Part shown: piece by piece, positions 61,335 through 64,000 of the stretch
How the letters are laid out: each line of letters starts with the position of its first letter
How positions within the stretch are numbered: the stretch's first letter is position 1
NCBI GenBank assembly: GCA_902631395.1
Contig: CACOYM010000009.1
Span: 8,502-72,501 of the forward strand
DNA: 64,000 nt
Origin: Halieaceae bacterium
Lineage (GTDB): Bacteria > Pseudomonadota > Gammaproteobacteria > Pseudomonadales > Halieaceae
Reading direction: 5' to 3'
Notes under the pieces: generated by a model
Database searches by the model: none
What the model was told of the DNA's origin: nothing
What the model saw: only the letters and a program-made list of their open reading frames with translations
Program-made: the position numbers and the translations under genes

Positions 61335-63206
61335 ATGGCATTGCTTCAAATAAATGAACCTGGGGCCGTCGGTGAACGGCACCGCGAGCGCCGTATTGGT
61401 GTTGGGATTGATTTGGGTACCACTAACAGTCTCATAGCCCACTTCGATGGAGAACAGTTGTGTGTGATCGCAGACGATTTAGGCGAGACCTCAATGCCCT
61501 CTGTTGTGCATTATGGGGCAAGTGAAACGCTTGTCGGGCGGTCCGCCCTCGCGGCGGCTCAGCGCGGTTCATGCGACACGCTTGCGTCAACGAAGAGAAT
61601 GCTGGGTCGATCACGGCAAGAATTTGAGGATGACCCCTATGTTTCGCTCGCCTCTGGCGAAGCGCTGGCCTTAGAGACCGAAATCGGACCTAAAACACCG
61701 GTAGAGGTATCAGCATCGATTTTGGCGGCGCTAAAAGAGCGAGCCGAGCCCGGATTGGATGGACCGATTTATGGTGCGGTCATAACGGTTCCAGCTTACT
61801 TTGACGACGCACAGCGTCAGGCGACGCGACAGGCAGCTGAACTAGCCGGTATCAAGGTGCTGCGGTTGTTGAACGAACCGACTGCTGCAGCTGTCGCCTA
61901 TGGATTGGATGAACAGTCAGAGGAATCGTCACTTCTTGGGGTCTATGATCTTGGTGGCGGAACTTTTGATATCTCCATACTTAAGATGCGCGAGGGGCTA
62001 TTCGAGGTATTAGCGACGGGAGGCAATAGTGCGCTGGGCGGTGATGATTTCGATCGAGCGCTGGCGGACTATGTGTTGAGTAAGACGGGGCTTTCTGATC
62101 CATCCTCGGCACAGCGTCGAGTCGCATTGCGACTCGCCCGCAATATCAAAGAGGCACTGACGACCAGTGAGGCAGTCACCGAAGAACTGTCTCAATTGGG
62201 GGGCAGTCTTCCTGAGATAACGATAACCCGGGAGTCGCTTGAGATACTCATTGCGCCCTTTATCGAGCAAACCCTGCAAGCGTGCCGTCAGTCACTGCGC
62301 GATGCAGGCACTGACACTGTGGATCGCGTGGTGCTGGTAGGTGGCTCTACCAGGATGCCGGCAGTTCAGAAAGCGGTAGCGGACTGCTTTCATTTGGCAC
62401 CTTTGTGCAGTCTCGACCCGGACGAGGTCGTGGCTATGGGTGCCGCCAAGCAGGCAAACATTCTGGTGGGCAACCACGGTGACAATGAGGCTCTGCTTCT
62501 GGATGTGATCCCGCTCTCGCTTGGGCTTGAAACCTATGGTGGCCTGGTCGAGCGCGTGATTGAGCGTAACAGCACGATACCGGTTGCCCGCGCCCAGGAA
62601 TTTACTACTGCCCGTGATGGCCAGACCGGGTTGGTGGTTCATGTCGTTCAAGGCGAGCGCGAGCGTGTTGAGGACTGCCGCTCTCTGGCTCAGTTTGAAC
62701 TGACCGGCATTCCGCCCATGGTCGCGGGTGCTGCCAGAGTTGAGGTGACTTTTAGAGTGGATGCAGACGGTATCCTAGAGGTAGCAGCGATGGAGCAGGA
62801 AACTGGCGCTCGCGCTGAAGTCATAGTGAAACCCGCTTTTGGTCTCGAGGAAGGGCAGATTGCTGACATGTTAAAAGCCGGTTACGAGCATGCGGGTGAG
62901 GACATGCTAGCCAGAAAACTGGGTGAGGCGCGGGTCGAGGCTGAAGCACTGATTGCTGGTATTCATAGCGCGCTGGCCGCCGATCGGGATCTGTTGTCTG
63001 ACACCGAGTTGGCTGATTTGCAGGGTGAGATTGGGTTGCTTGAGGTTGCCATCGATAACAATGATCCCGACCGCATCCGTGAGTCGACTGAGCGTTTGGG
63101 GCGCTCCAGTGAGGTGTTTGCGGCGCGCCGTATGGACCGAAGCATTCAGGTTGCACTTCAAGGTGTGGCGCTCACAGATCTCGAAGCGGAGGAAAACGCA
63201 TCGTGA
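61335..63206 (+). CDS. hscA: Chaperone HscA (Hsp70)
   Basis: [50 protein letters not shown]. Confidence 0.95.
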   Translation: MALLQINEPGAVGERHRERRIGVGIDLGTTNSLIAHFDGEQLCVIADDLGETSMPSVVHYGASETLVGRSALAAAQRGSCDTLASTKRMLGRSRQEFEDDPYVSLASGEALALETEIGPKTPVEVSASILAALKERAEPGLDGPIYGAVITVPAYFDDAQRQATRQAAELAGIKVLRLLNEPTAAAVAYGLDEQSEESSLLGVYDLGGGTFDISILKMREGLFEVLATGGNSALGGDDFDRALADYVLSKTGLSDPSSAQRRVALRLARNIKEALTTSEAVTEELSQLGGSLPEITITRESLEILIAPFIEQTLQACRQSLRDAGTDTVDRVVLVGGSTRMPAVQKAVADCFHLAPLCSLDPDEVVAMGAAKQANILVGNHGDNEALLLDVIPLSLGLETYGGLVERVIERNSTIPVARAQEFTTARDGQTGLVVHVVQGERERVEDCRSLAQFELTGIPPMVAGAARVEVTFRVDADGILEVAAMEQETGARAEVIVKPAFGLEEGQIADMLKAGYEHAGEDMLARKLGEARVEAEALIAGIHSALAADRDLLSDTELADLQGEIGLLEVAIDNNDPDRIRESTERLGRSSEVFAARRMDRSIQVALQGVALTDLEAEENAS

Positions 63207-63541
63207 CAGAAATAGTTGTACTACCCCATCACGAGATGTGCCCCGATGGCGCCGTGATTGAGGCCGATGTGGGTGAAAGTATTTGCAAGGCGTTGTTGCG
63301 TAACGACATTGATATTGAGCATGCCTGCGAGATGTCCTGTGCCTGTACGACCTGTCACGTCATCGTTCGCGAGGGCTATGCGTCGTTGAGCGAGGCCGAT
63401 GAGCTGGAGGAAGATTACCTCGATAAAGCTTGGGGGCTGGAACCTGAATCCCGTTTGTCGTGTCAGGCGCAGGTAGGAGATACCAATCTCGTCGTCGAAA
63501 TCCCTAGATACACTATCAATCACGCTTCGGAACACCACTGA
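63203..63541 (+). CDS. fdx: ISC [2Fe-2S] ferredoxin
   Basis: [31 protein letters not shown]. Confidence 0.96.
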   Translation: MTEIVVLPHHEMCPDGAVIEADVGESICKALLRNDIDIEHACEMSCACTTCHVIVREGYASLSEADELEEDYLDKAWGLEPESRLSCQAQVGDTNLVVEIPRYTINHASEHH

Positions 63542-63675
63542 GAGTGTTATCGCCATGGCGCGAAATACCCTAGCCCAGCATGAAAATGTTGCAATGACAC
63601 CGTAGTCAAAAACGCCTTATACTCCGCGCCCGTGGGTCGAGAGCGTTGCTCTCTCTACTGAACTCGGAGACAGAC

Positions 63676-64000
63676 ATGGCTGTAGAACGCACCTTATCGA
63701 TTATCAAGCCGGATGCGGTGGGGAAGAATGTGGTTGGTCAAATCATTAGTCGCTTCGAGGAAGCGGGCCTAAGGGTCGTAGCAGCGAAAATGCTGCATTT
63801 ATCCGACGATGTTGCAGGAGGATTCTACTCCGAGCACAAGGGGCGTTCTTTTTATCCGGATCTCGTGGCCTTTATGACTTCTGGCCCTGTCGTTGTCCAG
63901 GTGCTTGAGGGAGAAGGCGCGATTGCTCGCAACAGGCAGCTGATGGGCGCGACCAATCCGCAGGAAGCGGACGCGGGCACTATTCGAGCCGATTTTGCTC
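63676..64000 (+). CDS. ndk: Nucleoside-diphosphate kinase (truncated by window end)
   Basis: [15 protein letters not shown]...FYSEHKG...FMTSGP...MGATNP...GTIRADFA; absent from the ORF track. Confidence 0.95.
   Translation, partial: MAVERTLSIIKPDAVGKNVVGQIISRFEEAGLRVVAAKMLHLSDDVAGGFYSEHKGRSFYPDLVAFMTSGPVVVQVLEGEGAIARNRQLMGATNPQEADAGTIRADFA

Overview
Chromosomal window of a gammaproteobacterium. Gene order plus acsF and a BLUF protein suggest an aerobic anoxygenic phototroph of the OM60/NOR5 (Halieaceae-like) clade; this taxonomy is an inference. The core backbone runs csaA, tRNA-Asn, uvrB, thrS, infC (ATC start), rpmI, rplT, pheS, pheT, ihfA, a MerR-type gene and tRNA-Pro, then fatty-acid/acyl-CoA genes, BLUF/acsF, alkA-like, tRNA deaminase tadA, mltF, purL, secDF, suhB, trmJ, iscRSUA-hscBA-fdx and a truncated ndk. 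Two accessory blocks sit at tRNA 3' ends. The first is a roughly 2 kb islet at tRNA-Asn carrying a frameshifted surface protein (Receptor-L, P-domain, FN3) with a GLPIWLLYQATQ tail. The second is a roughly 16.5 kb Tad/Flp pilus locus after tRNA-Pro, built as two convergent operons. The most unusual signal is in this locus: CpaB/RcpC is 896 aa with nine inserted beta-hairpin repeat modules of about 63-74 aa, and a pilin-like protein of the opposite operon carries one similar module. The ATPase has a degenerate FHA domain, TadZ/CpaE and the prepilin peptidase are absent, and a small secreted 4-Cys peptide gene lies divergent from the pilin. All calls come from reading motifs by eye; no database searches were run.
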